Source: Lingula anatina
Taxonomy: Eukaryota; Animalia; Brachiopoda
Length of the DNA stretch: 64,000 nt
Assembly (NCBI GenBank): GCA_051362555.1
Contig: CM120642.1
Coordinates: 27,404,001 to 27,468,000 of the forward strand
Reading direction: 5' to 3'
Shown: one piece after another, positions 24,153 through 37,886 of the stretch
How the letters are laid out: the number at the start of each line of letters is the position of its first letter
How positions within the stretch are numbered: the stretch's first letter is position 1
Program-made: the position numbers and the translations under genes
Notes under the pieces: generated by a model
Told to the model about the DNA's origin: nothing
Database searches by the model: none
Seen by the model: only the letters and a program-made list of their open reading frames with translations

Positions 24153-27100
24153 ATGTCAGAAAAAGCAAGTCTGAAGAAAGAAACCAAAAAAGAAATACGC
24201 GCTGTTTTGCTATCCACACCAAAAGGTCTCTCAGCCAGAGAAGTCTTGGCCGATTACAGAAATTTTCAGGGAAGACCTCTTCCATTTCGTGAACTCGGCT
24301 ATAACAGCGCGGAAGATTTTTTCAGAGACATCCCAGATGTTTGCACACTCGACTGGGTCCATGGTGAGCTTGTTTTGCGAGGAGTTGCAGACGAGAGCAC
24401 GAAACATATTGAAAGACTTGTATCTCGTCAAGTGGCCAAGAAGTCGAAACGGCCATCTAGGCGCCCGCCGCCGCGTCGCCCTCCACGGCCCCCGCAGCAA
24501 CCCACAGTCCCACCTTTCCTGCGGGTAAGGATTAGGGAACTGTTGACTTCATACCCAAGTGGTTTATTAGGTTCCAGCTTTGGACATGCATTTCTAAAAC
24601 GGTTTGGTCAGAATTTGCCTTACAATCGGCGTGGTTTTAAGTCTATAAGTGACCTTCTGCGATCAATACCTGATATTGTGGACATTGAAGAATTGAGGGG
24701 TGGAGGGTTCCGATTACATGCGAAGACTAGCAGACTGTCCACTGCAAACAGAAATGAAGGTATGAGTAATACCATATCAAGTTATGCATTATTAAGGAAT
24801 TGGAGATGGGGAGGGGTGTGATTTTATTTTACTTTATAATTTTAGAAATAACAAGTGACGTGCCTGTAAAAATTCAGTACTTGTAATAAAAAACTGCTTG
24901 CAGTTTGCAGCAAATGTGATATTAATTTAGAGAAAGTATTTTGTATTTAACTGTAAAAAAAATTGAAAATTGGCTAGGTTATGAAGTAATAAATGGTAGT
25001 AAATGATATGTTGGTAATGAAAAAAATGATGCACTTTAACTAGATCATACTGATATTGATTTTTGTTGATAAAGCACCTAGCAGTTATAGTAGATATCAA
25101 GGCACCACTCACCGACTGTCTCTTAGCTCAGAAAATGAAGATGACAGTGTCTCACAGTTTGATGAACCACCAGATGAGGATGATGGAATGAACGAACAAT
25201 TCAAAAAGGAGCTTAGAGAGGTGAACATCTATATATGAATAATTGTGTGTAACCCACCCTAGCAGCGCATGATGTGCACGGGCACAGGCTCTCACTCTTT
25301 CTCTTTCTCGCGTGCATGCAAATATACACACCAAGAAATGAATATTGGGAATTGTTTTGAAGAGTGAAACTAAACTGTGCATCTCATTCAAAATTTCCAA
25401 CCTAAAATACAACATTTAACCATGGTATTGTTAAGATTTGTACAAGTAAATTCACCATTTTTGACAGGTCATTAGTCGCAGGAAAAATGGTATGTGGGCA
25501 GCAAGGCTTCCTTTTGAATTCAAGGTAAGTAAAGTGACAGTAAATAGCTACCAGTATGACAATTCAGGAAGTGTTTGGTTAAACAGATACATAAACTAGG
25601 TTTAGTTATAAAAAGTTAGGTTTATTTATAAGTCATGAGTTTGCAGCACACATTATTTCTGATACTAATTATAAAATTATCTTAGCTATGTATAGAGTTG
25701 TGAATTATAAAACTATGACCTTGGTTTTGAGTTCTCCCCTTCTTTATGATGATTTGAGATATTAGTTATTCTTTACCACTTTCTTTTTTTTTTTTTTTTT
25801 TTTTTTAACATATTCACATATTCTTGTTAAAATCTGTTACCATAAATCTGGGCCATTTTTTTTACAGCAAGTCCACAATAAAGAGCTTTCATGCAAAGAG
25901 TATGGGTTTGCCAGTGTGATAGAGCTTGTGTCCTCTCTCCCAGATATTTTTACCATTGAGCGACCAAACCCGCAGGGTGACTGGCTGCTATATGATGCAC
26001 AGACTTGGAAACCTAAGAGTTCATCCAATAAAGGTAGTTGTTGTAATGAAATTTAAACCGTTTTTCCCCCTTTTTTCATTTACCAAAAACGGAAGTGATT
26101 ATTTTTGGTGGGGGGGGGGGGGGGGTCAAGTTATTCCCTATGTACATCATATTTTGCTCTTTTTGCTTATACAATGCTTAATGTTAATTAATTTTCCTAT
26201 CTTCAAGATAGTCTTAGATATATTTATACATTCGTATTTTATCAGTGCCTGAATCAGCTCAACCAAAGTCATCAGTTGGCACCAAGCCAGAGATTGACCC
26301 AAATATCAAAGAAGCTGTGAGACAGGTGCTACTGGCAAATCCAGATGGAGTGTCCTACTTTTCTCTACCAGAAGTTTATAAGGTGAGGGAGTTCAGCTGA
26401 ATTTCTTTACTTTAGGATTCCTCAAGGACATGCTTGAAGTGATAGATTTATAATATCCTCCAACCCATGGGACTTGACAGCTCTTAATTACTGCATGCCA
26501 TACACCCCATTTCCATAGATTTTTAGATCGATCTATCCCTGTGGGGAGTCTCACTAGATTACTGTCAGCTTGGCCGGCTTAAGCATCTGTCCCGCCTACT
26601 AAAAGCTGTAAGGGGGTAATTAACTATGGTGTCTGCTCGGCTGACTGCAATTTAGCCTGAACCCCCAGGGAGTTAGGTCGATCTAAAACTTAATCTTTAG
26701 ATCGATCTAAATCTCTGGGAAAGCACCCATACATACACTATGGCTGCATTCAGAACAGTGGGTCAAAAATGGGTCCAAGGGTAAAAAAATGTTGACCCAC
26801 TAAAAAGCTTGCCGTCTAATCTGCTATTAGACACTGAAAAGATTCTCTATGGAGAAGTATTCAAGTGGGTCTGCACTATTTGACCCTTGGACCAGTTAGT
26901 CCACTGATCTAAATGCGGCCTATGAGATAACATGGATCTGTCATATTAACCTAAATGGGTCACATCTTTTTTTATTGGATAGTTTCTCATTTGAAATCCT
27001 AGCTTCCCTCCGGATATCCTTCCCATATACCATACCCCAGTGTACAATAAGATTTGTTTAGCAAAGACAAATCAGACCTCAATTTTTCCAGATTTTCAAA

Positions 27101-30100
27101 GCAAAGTTGTTTATACTTGTAGGAATTTTGACTAAAATTGAGACATTTGCCTATTTAAATGCTGAGTTATTGTTACAGGAGCTGGTGGGAGAAGACCTGC
27201 CCATCCAAGAAATGGGGTTCTGTGATTTAGAATCATTAGTGTTGGATCTCACAGACGTGATCCACATGCAGCACAAGGGAGAGGGTAAGTGGACCTATGT
27301 ATAACACACTTCAATAAAAATTGTTAACAATTTGATACCACAATGACCCCCAAAACTTAACCCATAACATGCAGTGAATCCTCTCACCACCCAGGGGTGC
27401 ATCTCTGAAGGATAAATGGGAACCCTTACTTACTAAATACCCTAATTGTTGGGTTGCATGCCCTCCTCTATTAATGCTGAATTGAATTCATACTCTGAGA
27501 AGAAAAAGTCATTTTTTGTTATTTCTAGAAAATGATTACTATACCCTTTTTGTCAGTATGTCTTTAAAACGTGTAAAAGATATGGTTATTTATATAAACA
27601 CATACACGGTGCTGCTCTTTCTTCAGGCCAGGTGTTGCTCTTTGCCGCAGATCCCTCGGAATTGCCTGGCAGAAAAGTTACAGACTTTCTCAAGCAACAT
27701 AGGGCAGAGAAGGAAAGCATACAAGTATGTTGTCAAAGACATACCTTTAACAGATTTGTAACCTTTTAGTGCTTTTTGTATTTTTTCTGTCACATTATGT
27801 GTTTTTGCTTAAGGTAAATCTTCAAGGATTGATGGGAATATGAAGCTCATAATTATATCGTCTATGAAGCTTGAAAAAATTAATTCAAATTAGGAAGCAT
27901 TCCCTCTGGGTTGAATATTTTGTAATTTGGATGTATTTTTTATTTATTTATTTAATTTTTTTTAAAATGAAAGCTGAAAATAATGTTTTCGTGAAAGGAT
28001 TTTATGACTTTACAAAAATTTAAAATCTGATAACAAGCCCCTTAAAAATCTATACATTGTTTTAATAGGGGTCCATTCCCAGGTCTCTGAGTAGGAAAGG
28101 CATCCCCCCAGATGCTGTGGGTCCAGGGGCTTGTTACACCAGGCAGGTGATGCCCCAGCCCTCACCAGCTAACCCACAGCCATACCTGGAGGTGTATGTG
28201 TCCAATGTAGTCAATCCTGGACGGTTCTGGCTCATGTTGAAAGGGGACCACACCACCTTGGCTCTGGAGGAGTTGATGGATAGACTGGAGTAAGTCTGAA
28301 TAGCAGTGAATGTGTGTGTATGTTTATGCATGCGTGTATGTGTGTGTGTGCGCACAAGCATACCACTTTTCATTGTTGTGTCTTTGACAGTGCTAAGACA
28401 ATTGACATAAAAGTCATCTAACCTTTTTTTTTTCTTTTAAGGGAAGTTTATTATGGACAGGAAGGTGATCGTTATGCTTTACCAGAATCTCTCATAGCCA
28501 TAGGTCAGCCATGCGTTGCCATCTTTCCTGAAGACCAAAACTGGCATCGTGTCTCAATTACAGGGATTCCTAATATAGATTTTGTTGAGGTAAAAGGAAA
28601 ATATGTCTTGTATCTTAGTGCTATAAATAAATACAGTAGTTCATCGAACAGTAACCATATAGATTGTTAATGAGAACATGTCAGAAGATGTTTTTCATTC
28701 TGTTGGTGCATTTTGTAAATAGATTATCTGAAAGTTGAATCTTAATTATTCCTCACTGTGAGAAAAATTTGAGGGCCTGGTAAGATGTTTTAAGATTTCA
28801 GCAACTTCTGTTTGAATTACAGGTTTATTATGTGGATTATGGAAATACCTGCTGTGTTCCAAAGTCATCTCTGAAAATGCTCAAGTAGGTGAAATATACT
28901 TTTCATTATTTTCTTTAAAATAGGACATTATAGTGTTTTATATCTGGATCTTTTTCTGCATTAAGGTCCCAGTAACAGTGGTTCACGCTATCAATATGAA
29001 GTAGTAAAAATATTGCATAAATACCATATATATGTATTTGACCACATGTCTGCATGCTTTCCTTCTCTGCAATTTGCTGTTTGAGAAAGTTTGAATTCTA
29101 AATTGCTTATACCATGATAAATAGTTTTAAAAATTAACTATTATTCTCCTCTTTTTTTTTCCAGAACTCGCTTCTTGAAGCTTCCAGCTCAGGCAATTAG
29201 GGCAAGGCTGTCCAATATAAGACCCACAGACAAGGTAAGGTTTGTTATCAGTGAGCCAATTTTATATTTATATAGTACAGCAGTGTGTTTGTCACTACCT
29301 TAGGGGCTATATAAGGAAGAGGGCATGTTCAGAAGTGACAAGTAATTGTGTACAGTGGATAGTTGATCCTACTGCTTGAATGATGTAAGTTGTTTAGTGC
29401 ATATACTATGTATATGTATGTAATTTTTGTTGGATATAAACATCAGTATTCAGAAAACTAAATTGCTTCGTCTTTGTAGAATGGATGGTCTAAAAAGTCA
29501 ACTAACAGAATGCTGAAGCTTTGTGTCAACAAACTGTTGGTAGCCCTAGAAACACCTTCAGTGGTAAGTCAAATGTGTTGGAAGCTATAAAATATGAAAT
29601 TGTAATTGCTAGAGAGGCTCCAAATGGATCCTTTATGTGCAAAGTGGTGCATTACTTTATGGTATGTTTTTCTAACATATGGGTTATGGTGGTAGTTATG
29701 TGTTTGCTTCTGTGCATTTATAAATTATAAAAGGGGCTGTACTAGGGATTTCTGTTGTCTTAAATCTGTATTTCTTTACTTGCAATATCCTGGCAGTGTC
29801 TCTTTAAGTAGTTATATAAAAAAGATGAGTTTTAAACTGGGTTAATCTTATTCTTTTTATGTTTGTATTTTCAAGAACAATGTGTGCTCTGTGTGCCTAT
29901 GTGATACCTCAGATCCAAACCAAGACGTCCACATCAATGATGTCCTCTGTGCGGAAGGTTTGGCTGAATTTTGGCCAGACGACGAAGACCTTGTCCCAAA
30001 TACTGATCCCCCTGTCTCTGATCAGCCTATTTTACCACCTGATCTGTCTGCCTTCCCTCAGCCTACCATACAGTCTGAGGCCATAACAGCAGAGGAAGCT

Positions 30101-33100
30101 GTTGCTCATCACGCATCTGATACAGGTCCAGCAAACTTGTTAGTTGAAAGGTGAGGTGATATTAAATAGTAAGTTTATTTTGATGAAGTGTTATTTCTTA
30201 CTAATGACTGAAGCAGTATTTCCGTATTCAAGCTGTAAGACTGCATGTGAAATAAAGTTTTAGAGATTTTATTCTTAAAATTGCTTGTATGGGATGTTTA
30301 AACCCCCTACCCCCACCCCTTCCTTAAGAAAAAGAAAATAAAGATTAGCCTGACTGACAAACTTGATTTTCATATCTTTTTTGTTTTCCACTAGTGTCAC
30401 TGAATTAGCCCAGTTGACTAAGGAGTGTGCTGAAAATGCTGAAGGTGACACAGATGAAGAAAGTGATGTTGATGAGGACCTTATCCCAAGATGTGTGAAA
30501 TTGTAAGCACATAATTTCTTGTCAAAAATTTTGCATCATTTTCCAAATGGCTTTGTCATTAATTTTTTACTGCACTGTAACTGTTATAGTAAATATATAC
30601 TGTAACTGTGATACTTACATTACACCTAAATTGAAATGTTCATAATTCATTAATTTGTGACAGTTAAATTGTATTTGAAGATTTATTTTAGTAATAACTA
30701 GCTCTTTTTACTGAAGATAAATTGAATTATTTTACAGAGGCTATCTTACTTAACCTGTCACTGCCACATACAAAGTTGTCACACAAATAATTCTGTACAT
30801 TTCAGTATTGAGTTAACAGAGGTACACAGCATGCACTTGATATGCTATCAAGACAAAGGTTATGTGACAAGTGCGGAAATATCCAGCTATCTCTGGGAGA
30901 AGGATATATTGAGGTCTTCCGTAGGTATCACATTGCTACAGGACGATATCAGTAATTGATTTCGTCGTTCCCACTGTAAATAGTTGATCTTATCCATAAT
31001 ATTTTTTAATGTTTGGGCATGATTTTTTGGACATTTAAGATTTTTATAGTCCCATTGTTTTAATGTATTATTTTGTTATACTAACTAGTAATTACATATT
31101 TTAAAAATGACAGATATAGGCATTTTGAGTACAGTAAGGAGCATGGCAGTCTCCAGTCAGCATGATGACCTTGTAATTCTTCATAATCCCCTCATTTAAT
31201 TATTTTTTAGTTAAGACACACAAAGACTGGTGCTGAAATAAAGAAAGTGGTTCTTGCTCAAGATGATGAGCCGGAGTTATTTGAGGAATTGAAAGAGTGA
31301 GTATTGATCAAATGTTGGGCAAATAAGTATTGAGAAAAGCTTCTAACTTGAGTATTAAAAGATAAATGAAGTTGTGTAAATGAAGTAAACTGTATGTTAT
31401 TGTCTACATGTATGTCTGATGACGCAAATTATCATCCTTTAGACACACTAAGTGATACCCCACTATTTAAGTTATCTGTACCCAGAATCCATGCGACACA
31501 TTATAATTGGCTTTTCCAGGTATGAAGTCCCTGGCATTGTTGTTGAAGGTGTAATGAAATCTCACATCACACTCTATGAGCTTGATAGGTAAGTGTGCCT
31601 ATATTTCAAAAGACTTTTACAAAGAGTGCATTCTTATAACATATTTCACTTATACCTGTTCTTCTTTAATATGAAGGAGTGTTGCTTATGCATAGTCAGT
31701 TTCTGTATTGTAAATCCAAATTCTTAGTGTGAAATGATCCAGGTAATATTCTGGATAAGATACATGGTCCTCATAAAGATATTTGATATTTTAGTGTATT
31801 AACAATCCTGGATACCTTGGAGTGCCAGGAAGGGGACCTCCTAGATGCCATCAGTGAGCAGATTAAAGCCTTTGATCCTGAAGACCCTTACTGGCAGGTA
31901 TGGCAACTGCTTATATTATTGGTATATATAATTCTTGTTCACTCATTTAGTTCATAGGTGTCTCCAAGTAAAGGATTTAAAATTGTATATGTTGAGGCTA
32001 GTAACTTAACATCTCAGACACACCTATGAAATCAAGGAGTATTTGATATTTTAACCATTGAAAATGTGTTGGTCAGTTATTCATTCACTGCTTGATGCAC
32101 TGTTTTCCAATAATCTGGTAAATGCTTGCTGATCACTAAGAAAATGGATGAATTGAATTCCCAAAACAGTGTTTTGCTAGTAACATCTAGCAGAGGGGAT
32201 TCAGAGGTGAAGACGGTCTTTTTTTTATTTTATAATAGTGGTAGATATTGAAAAAACTGTATTTTGTAATAATCTGTATTGACAAAATATGTGATTGTAG
32301 AAAATGATTGTCCTGTTTCAGGGGGAAGATAGTGATGAGGGAGAGGATGACAGCTCTAGCGCCAGTGACAGTTTAAAATCTGCAGGCAATCCACTGAATT
32401 TAGAAGAGCTCAACCTTGCTGTGAAGGCATTACAGTTTAGAAGGTACTTTAAAGCAAACATATATGTTTAAACCTTGTATAAAATTATAAGCTTAACACC
32501 TGCAGACACATTCTGAAAATTTAACAGACAAGGCACGCTTTTAATTGTGACCTGCACATACTGTTTGCCTCCAGTGTTTTTTTTTTTTTACAGAGCAATA
32601 TCAGTTCACATCAGTTTCACTTTCACTTCCTTTGCCCTGAACTTTTGACTTCTGCAGAATAATCAACAACATACATCATTATAACATAACCCATTTTTAC
32701 ACCTAAAATGGGGGTAACAGGAGAGAGATTAATATTACAGCATCCAGTGTATACTTTTATCGTTTAACATAATGCTTATACTCTCTAGAATGTAGGTAAA
32801 TATTTATAGTTAGCAAACCTGCCTGAGGACATATAAAATTGCAGAAATTTGAAAGCACATGGTCTCTCTTTGCAGACAGAGAATAATTGATAGTATGGTG
32901 GCTGGAGGAAAAAGTCATGCAGTGGACGAGTTGGATCAAGTGGAGGCCAGGATTGTGAAGATTAATCAAATGATCAAGGATTTGTGCAGTAAAGATGGTA
33001 ATGGTTAACCCAAGGGGATTAATATAACTTGAATGGTACTCAGCATGAGGTTGTTATATTTACATATGTACTAAGTACTGCCATTCACAGTGTGGACTGG

Positions 33101-34667
33101 TCACTTTTACTTTTGATATATGCAAATAATATGATTGTAAGCCATAATCAGCAACTCTAGCAGTATGTTAAACACAGTATTTTTTACCATTACTTTATGA
33201 TTCTGTGTCACAAAAGCAGGCTTATAAATTGGCAGCTGATCCCTGGAAACTTACTTATTGAAAATTGAATTTTTATGTAAATTTTGCCTCTAGCCAGCAA
33301 TTTTAAAGGGGAGTTTTTTCTGATAGTAGACCCCCCTCCCCCTTAGTGAACCCAAATTGAGAAATGGCATATATCTTAGATCAAATTTTGGTGCAGAATA
33401 GATTTTACTGATATCATTGTCTGAGTGTAGTTAAATGTTGCTTTAAAATGTTGGCTATGGTAAATTAATGGTGTTATTTACATTTTGGTCTAGCTGCTGA
33501 CCAGGGGAAAGGGGTGTTGACTGAGGAACAACTGATAAACACTTTAATGGAACAGCAGTATCAAATGCCAAAAGACTCAGGGAAAAATCAGGGAATAATA
33601 CAACCAAAGGTTTGTTCATACTAGTGAAACAAAAAGAATTGGTCCAGTAAGGTGAAATATGCCTTTTAGTTTGCATTTTTAGTTATACTAAGATGTACTG
33701 TATTGTATAACAAATTGGTTGCTCAGGATAATTTAAACCAGACCATAACTATATTATTGACAAATTTGTCAGCAAAATATTTTGTTATTACTTTAGCCAA
33801 ATTGAGATGCTGAGCATTGGTTAAAATTTACTTTGCAATCTGATTTTATGCAAATAGGGTTAAAACTATTTCTGTTTTATAACTTTTAATATCTTTGCTC
33901 CAATGACTTCCGATTCTGATCAAAATCTTATCAAATCTGTAAAGTATGCAATTTGATATCCGAGCTATGATATTGCATTGATATGATATTATATTTGTTT
34001 GATATCTTTTTTGCAGCCTAGTGGCCCTACCCATTTAAAATCTGAACCAAGAACCAACATAGTTTCCCCAATCAGAGTTGTTCCCAGTCGCCCAGTTCAG
34101 AACTTGACTATCCCTCCCAGCAGTCAGTCTGTCACCAACAACATGGCAGTGGCATCGACATCATTAACACCTCAGCAACAACAACAATTGATGTTACAAT
34201 ACCAGACTATATTGATGACCCAACCACAGCTTCTGCAGACTCCATTGATATCTCTTGGACCAATGCAGCAACAACAGAGTCAGAACACAGCTGCAGCTCA
34301 TGCTGCTCTGCATCCAAACTTTGTGGCGCCTCAAACTTCCACATATCGGTTGACAGCACCAGCGTATCCCCATGCAGCACCTCAGTTACCGTCTTTGTCC
34401 ACCCAGACCTTGCCAAATCGTTTAGCTACTCCTGTGCCAAATACTAATTTCCTGGCCCCGCAGATGCCGTCATTATTTCTACAAGGAGCTCCTCAGTGGC
34501 AGGCAGTCCCCGGAGTAGGTGGACAAAACATGCTAGGAAATCTTGGAGATATAACGGCCATGATGTCTCAAATGGACTTCGGTGATAGAACGTACCAACT
34601 GGGATATGGAACCACAGTGGATCAAAATACTGGACTGCACAAGACGTATAAGAATTTTCCAGAATGA
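24153..34667 (+). CDS. TDRD5: Tudor domain-containing protein 5-like (4 LOTUS/OST-HTH domains, 1 extended Tudor, Q/P-rich C-terminus)
   Basis: 22 in-frame GT-AG exons, approximately 24153-24759, 25075-25220, 25468-25524, 25868-26033, 26246-26382, 27179-27284, 27627-27724, 28069-28289, 28442-28589, 28823-28884, 29165-29234, 29480-29563, 29876-30150, 30395-30502, 30806-30920, 31211-31296, 31520-31588, 31795-31897, 32322-32443, 32875-32997, 33493-33609, 34017-34667. N-terminal eLOTUS (EIRAVLLS...LPFRELGY...DESTKHIERLVSRQ); Tudor NPGRFW...AIFPEDQNWHR...YYVDYGN...FLKLPAQAIRARL. Confidence 0.88.
26503..26728. mobile_element. MITE family B copy (PIF/Harbinger-like), in a TDRD5 intron
   Basis: Closely similar to 51208-51421 and 62545-62737 (GGGGAGTCTCACTAGATTACTGTCAG...GCTGTAAGGGGGTAATTAA). 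Flanked by a 3-bp ATA duplication. Confidence 0.85.
26742..26920. mobile_element. MITE family C (PIF/Harbinger-like), adjacent to the family B copy
   Basis: TIR GGCTGCATTCAGAACAGTGG vs CCACTGATCTAAATGCGGCC; inner inverted GGTCCAAGGGT / ACCCTTGGACC; 3-bp TAT duplication (26739-26741, 26921-26923). Confidence 0.75.
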
Positions 34668-35906
34668 ATTCCCAAGTAATGTGGTAGGGCTTTCTGTAAG
34701 TAAAGAGTACAAATTGCCTATCGGTGTTGGATGGAGAAATATATACAGAAGTGCTGTATTTTTCTGATAAGGATAATTGTCTACACCTCCTTATTTCTGG
34801 TGCTAATTAGAATGATTTGTCCCAGCAGGACAGCTGGTTGATTTCAGAAAACCTTACTTTTTAGACTTTATGTTAGCATGTTAATTATATATGATAAAAA
34901 TGGTAGAGATAATAGATGTTAGTATTTAGTTAATTCGTATGAAAATTTAAGGCAACAAAACAAAAATACCAAAGAGTTGGAAATGCAATTTTCCCCACTT
35001 TTGGTGCAACATTCTTTTTTAGTAGCATTTGTTGCCGTGCCTACTTACATTATCTCAGGAAGTTTTTTTTCATTAAGATGATATTAAGATATAGTAACTT
35101 TTTACTTTGTAGACAAACATTTTTTTAATTCATTACTTGGCCATGTTAGCTACGTATCTAAGTTTTTAAATTCTTTAGTTGGCCATGTTATCTACATAGG
35201 ATTTAATTTTAATAATGGTATGTTTAGTGTGGGCTTCAGGTCAGTGAATTGCAGATAAAGAATTTACTAATTGATGGCCATTTCATGACCTAATTTTGAT
35301 TTTAATTTGAGATAGTTAATAAAAGTTTCACATGTTGATTGTAATATGCCAAATGTCATGCCAAAACTGAAAGTTTGAAGTCTTCACTGAACTTTTCAAA
35401 AACTGAAGTTGGTTAGAAAAGTACCATGATGTTTCTAAAGTGAAATGGTGTTAAAGGTCACATTTAATATTGTTCCTGTTATTACTTCAATTGTAAATGT
35501 TGATTTTTTTACGTTACCAAGGTCAGTATTTAGTCAAAGTCATTGTATGAGTGTTATTAATAAGGTGCTGTATTGCAATCATGAACAAGTCCATATTGTA
35601 TAGTACTGTGAAAGGTGCACAATAATGACTAGTGTGTGAGAGCAATTACTTGTGACTGTTCAAAGAATAATTCTTTTTATATACTGGAATAGGGGCATCA
35701 TCAAGCTTAAGAAATAACTGTAATGAAGGTTCTTGCAAGCATCATGTACTCCTAATCCTTTAAATAAATATTTTTTCTACTTAAATTTTGCTTTGTTTTA
35801 ATTTGTTAGCCATGCAGTGAAAATGGCTGTGCTTGAGCTGATGTTGTTGACATGCAATTTTTCATGGTAAAAAAAAAGAAAAAAAAAACTAGACAATTTT
35901 GTTTAC

Positions 35907-35909
<3 letters not shown>

Positions 35910-35955
<46 letters not shown>
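35910..35955. repeat. (TA)n microsatellite
   Basis: Perfect TA run between the convergent 3' ends of TDRD5 and GEMIN8. Confidence 0.95.
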
Positions 35956-35957
<2 letters not shown>

Positions 35958-36307
35958 TATCGCTAGGTTCAAGAGTGACCAATTTTAAACAGGTTAAAAA
36001 GTTGTAATTTAATCAAATTGCACTTTACAAAGTTGCATTCCGACTTCCAGGCAAGCCAATTAACTAGGCAAATATTTGGTGCATTGAGAAAGTGTTCGTT
36101 TCAAATGTCCCAAGCTGCTAATATTTCACATAGACCAGTCATGATTTCTAACTACAGAGCCATGGGAAGTGATTGGTAGATGAATTTTTAAAATCTTGTT
36201 CTATTCCTTCAAACTGAAAAGATGACTGTACCCCTTGTCCAGTATTCAGTCATGATGCTATTTAACATGATACTGACATGACGTGTTGTCACTTTTCATA
36301 AGACATT

Positions 36308-37572
36308 CTAAAATTTAATATTCAGTGGCATATTGGGCCAAAGTTTTGGTTGCTTGATGTCACAATTTCTATCAAATGTCAGTTGCATTGCAGTCTCCAT
36401 TCCATGTATCATTGCAGCATGTTTCCCATACAACAGCTTCATCTGTGTGGTGCGCTTTGCACCTGGGCGCTCAGATGGAGCATGGGCACTGGCTCTGGAC
36501 TTGGTGGCAGCAGTCACTGGAATTGTGATATAAAGGGTGACTGTCATTCATTTATAAATTAAGAAATGGTACACAGGAGTGTCTTTACACGCTCTGATAA
36601 ATATGTCAAGTCAAACTATGATAAAATTGCGTTCTGTAAAATGAGGTACGTATTATTTTCAAGGAGGCAAGGATTAGTACAGCCTGTGCATCTGACAAAA
36701 TGTAAATGTAACATTGATCACCAGTCACTTACCTCCTTCTATGTCAATATAATCACTTTCAATTCCTTTGTCAGCATTATTCTCTTCTTCACGTCTCATG
36801 GCATCTAAAATGGATACATTTGTAAAAGTTTATCATTAAGGAAAAAAAAAAGAAAGAAAAATGCAAAGTGAGCAATTGAGATGTGTACCCATAACTGTAT
36901 GAATGTAAATTAATTCTGCAATAATCTAAAAATTAATCATATCAAAAAATAAAACATGTATAAATAAAGGATGTCACAAACATTTGTATGCACTGTACCT
37001 CTTTCCTTTCGATGCTTGGCAGAAGCCTCAAAAAATGCCAGCATTTCATCTGTAATATGCATCTCAAATTCATGTGAGTCTCCTTCATTTGTGACCACAT
37101 CTTCAGAAAAACTGACACGACTGCTGGACCGACTGCTAGAGTTTCTCTTCCTTTTCCTCTTTTTTGATGCCTTTGAATGCTTCATTTGTCTGCTTTTTGT
37201 ATCAGAGGTATGGGAGGGTGTTTGTGAACTGCGTCTGTGTGCTGATGCATGTTTTGACATCTGCGCTAATGCTGGGTTGCTAAGGTAACATGGAAGCATA
37301 AATGGCATCCAGTGGTATCCGGCGAACTTCAATCCCCTGTCTGGTGTTTTTGTCGTCTGCTGATTACAATTCATTACTGATCGGTAATGGGTCCAGTATC
37401 TCTGAAAATAAGGATGTTCATACCATGGCCTTCCCCCTAAACTCTCCCAGTCTAATAGATATTTCTTTCTATGAGTATCTGCTGTGTTTTGATTATGTTC
37501 AATGCTACTTGCTTTATCAACCTCTGGAGTGTCAGAAGCTGAAAACGTGGCTTGTTCTGACGGTGGATTCAT
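36308..37572 (-). CDS. GEMIN8: Gem-associated protein 8 (SMN complex)
   Basis: Exons approximately 37572-36999, 36804-36733 and 36516-36308. Gemin8-like motifs PWYEHPYFQRYWTHY, FEMHITDEMLAFFEASAKHRKER and PSERPGAKRTTQMKLLYGKHAAMIHGMETAMQLTFDRNCDIKQPKLWPNMPL. The start codon is uncertain. Confidence 0.88.
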
Positions 37573-37886
37573 ACGAGTTCTCCAAGGCACTTGCAGCAAA
37601 CTTGTGACTTTATGAATGATAAGAAAGCTCGTTTAGTCATTCAGATGAAAAATGTTTATCCTCGGTTGTCAGCATTCACACCTTACAGAGCCAAAATTTT
37701 ATATTTTTGTACAGCAGAGTTATCAATACCAACTTTTTGCAAGCTTGCAGCTCCAGCTAAAATGGGTAAAACGCTCAGTCGATGCTCTAAGTGAAGTGAT
37801 AAGCCAAGATGAGCCAGTGCTCTAGCAGAAACTAGGCTGCTACACGAAGTACATAACATAAATAGGGACCAACTTTTGACGAGAAA

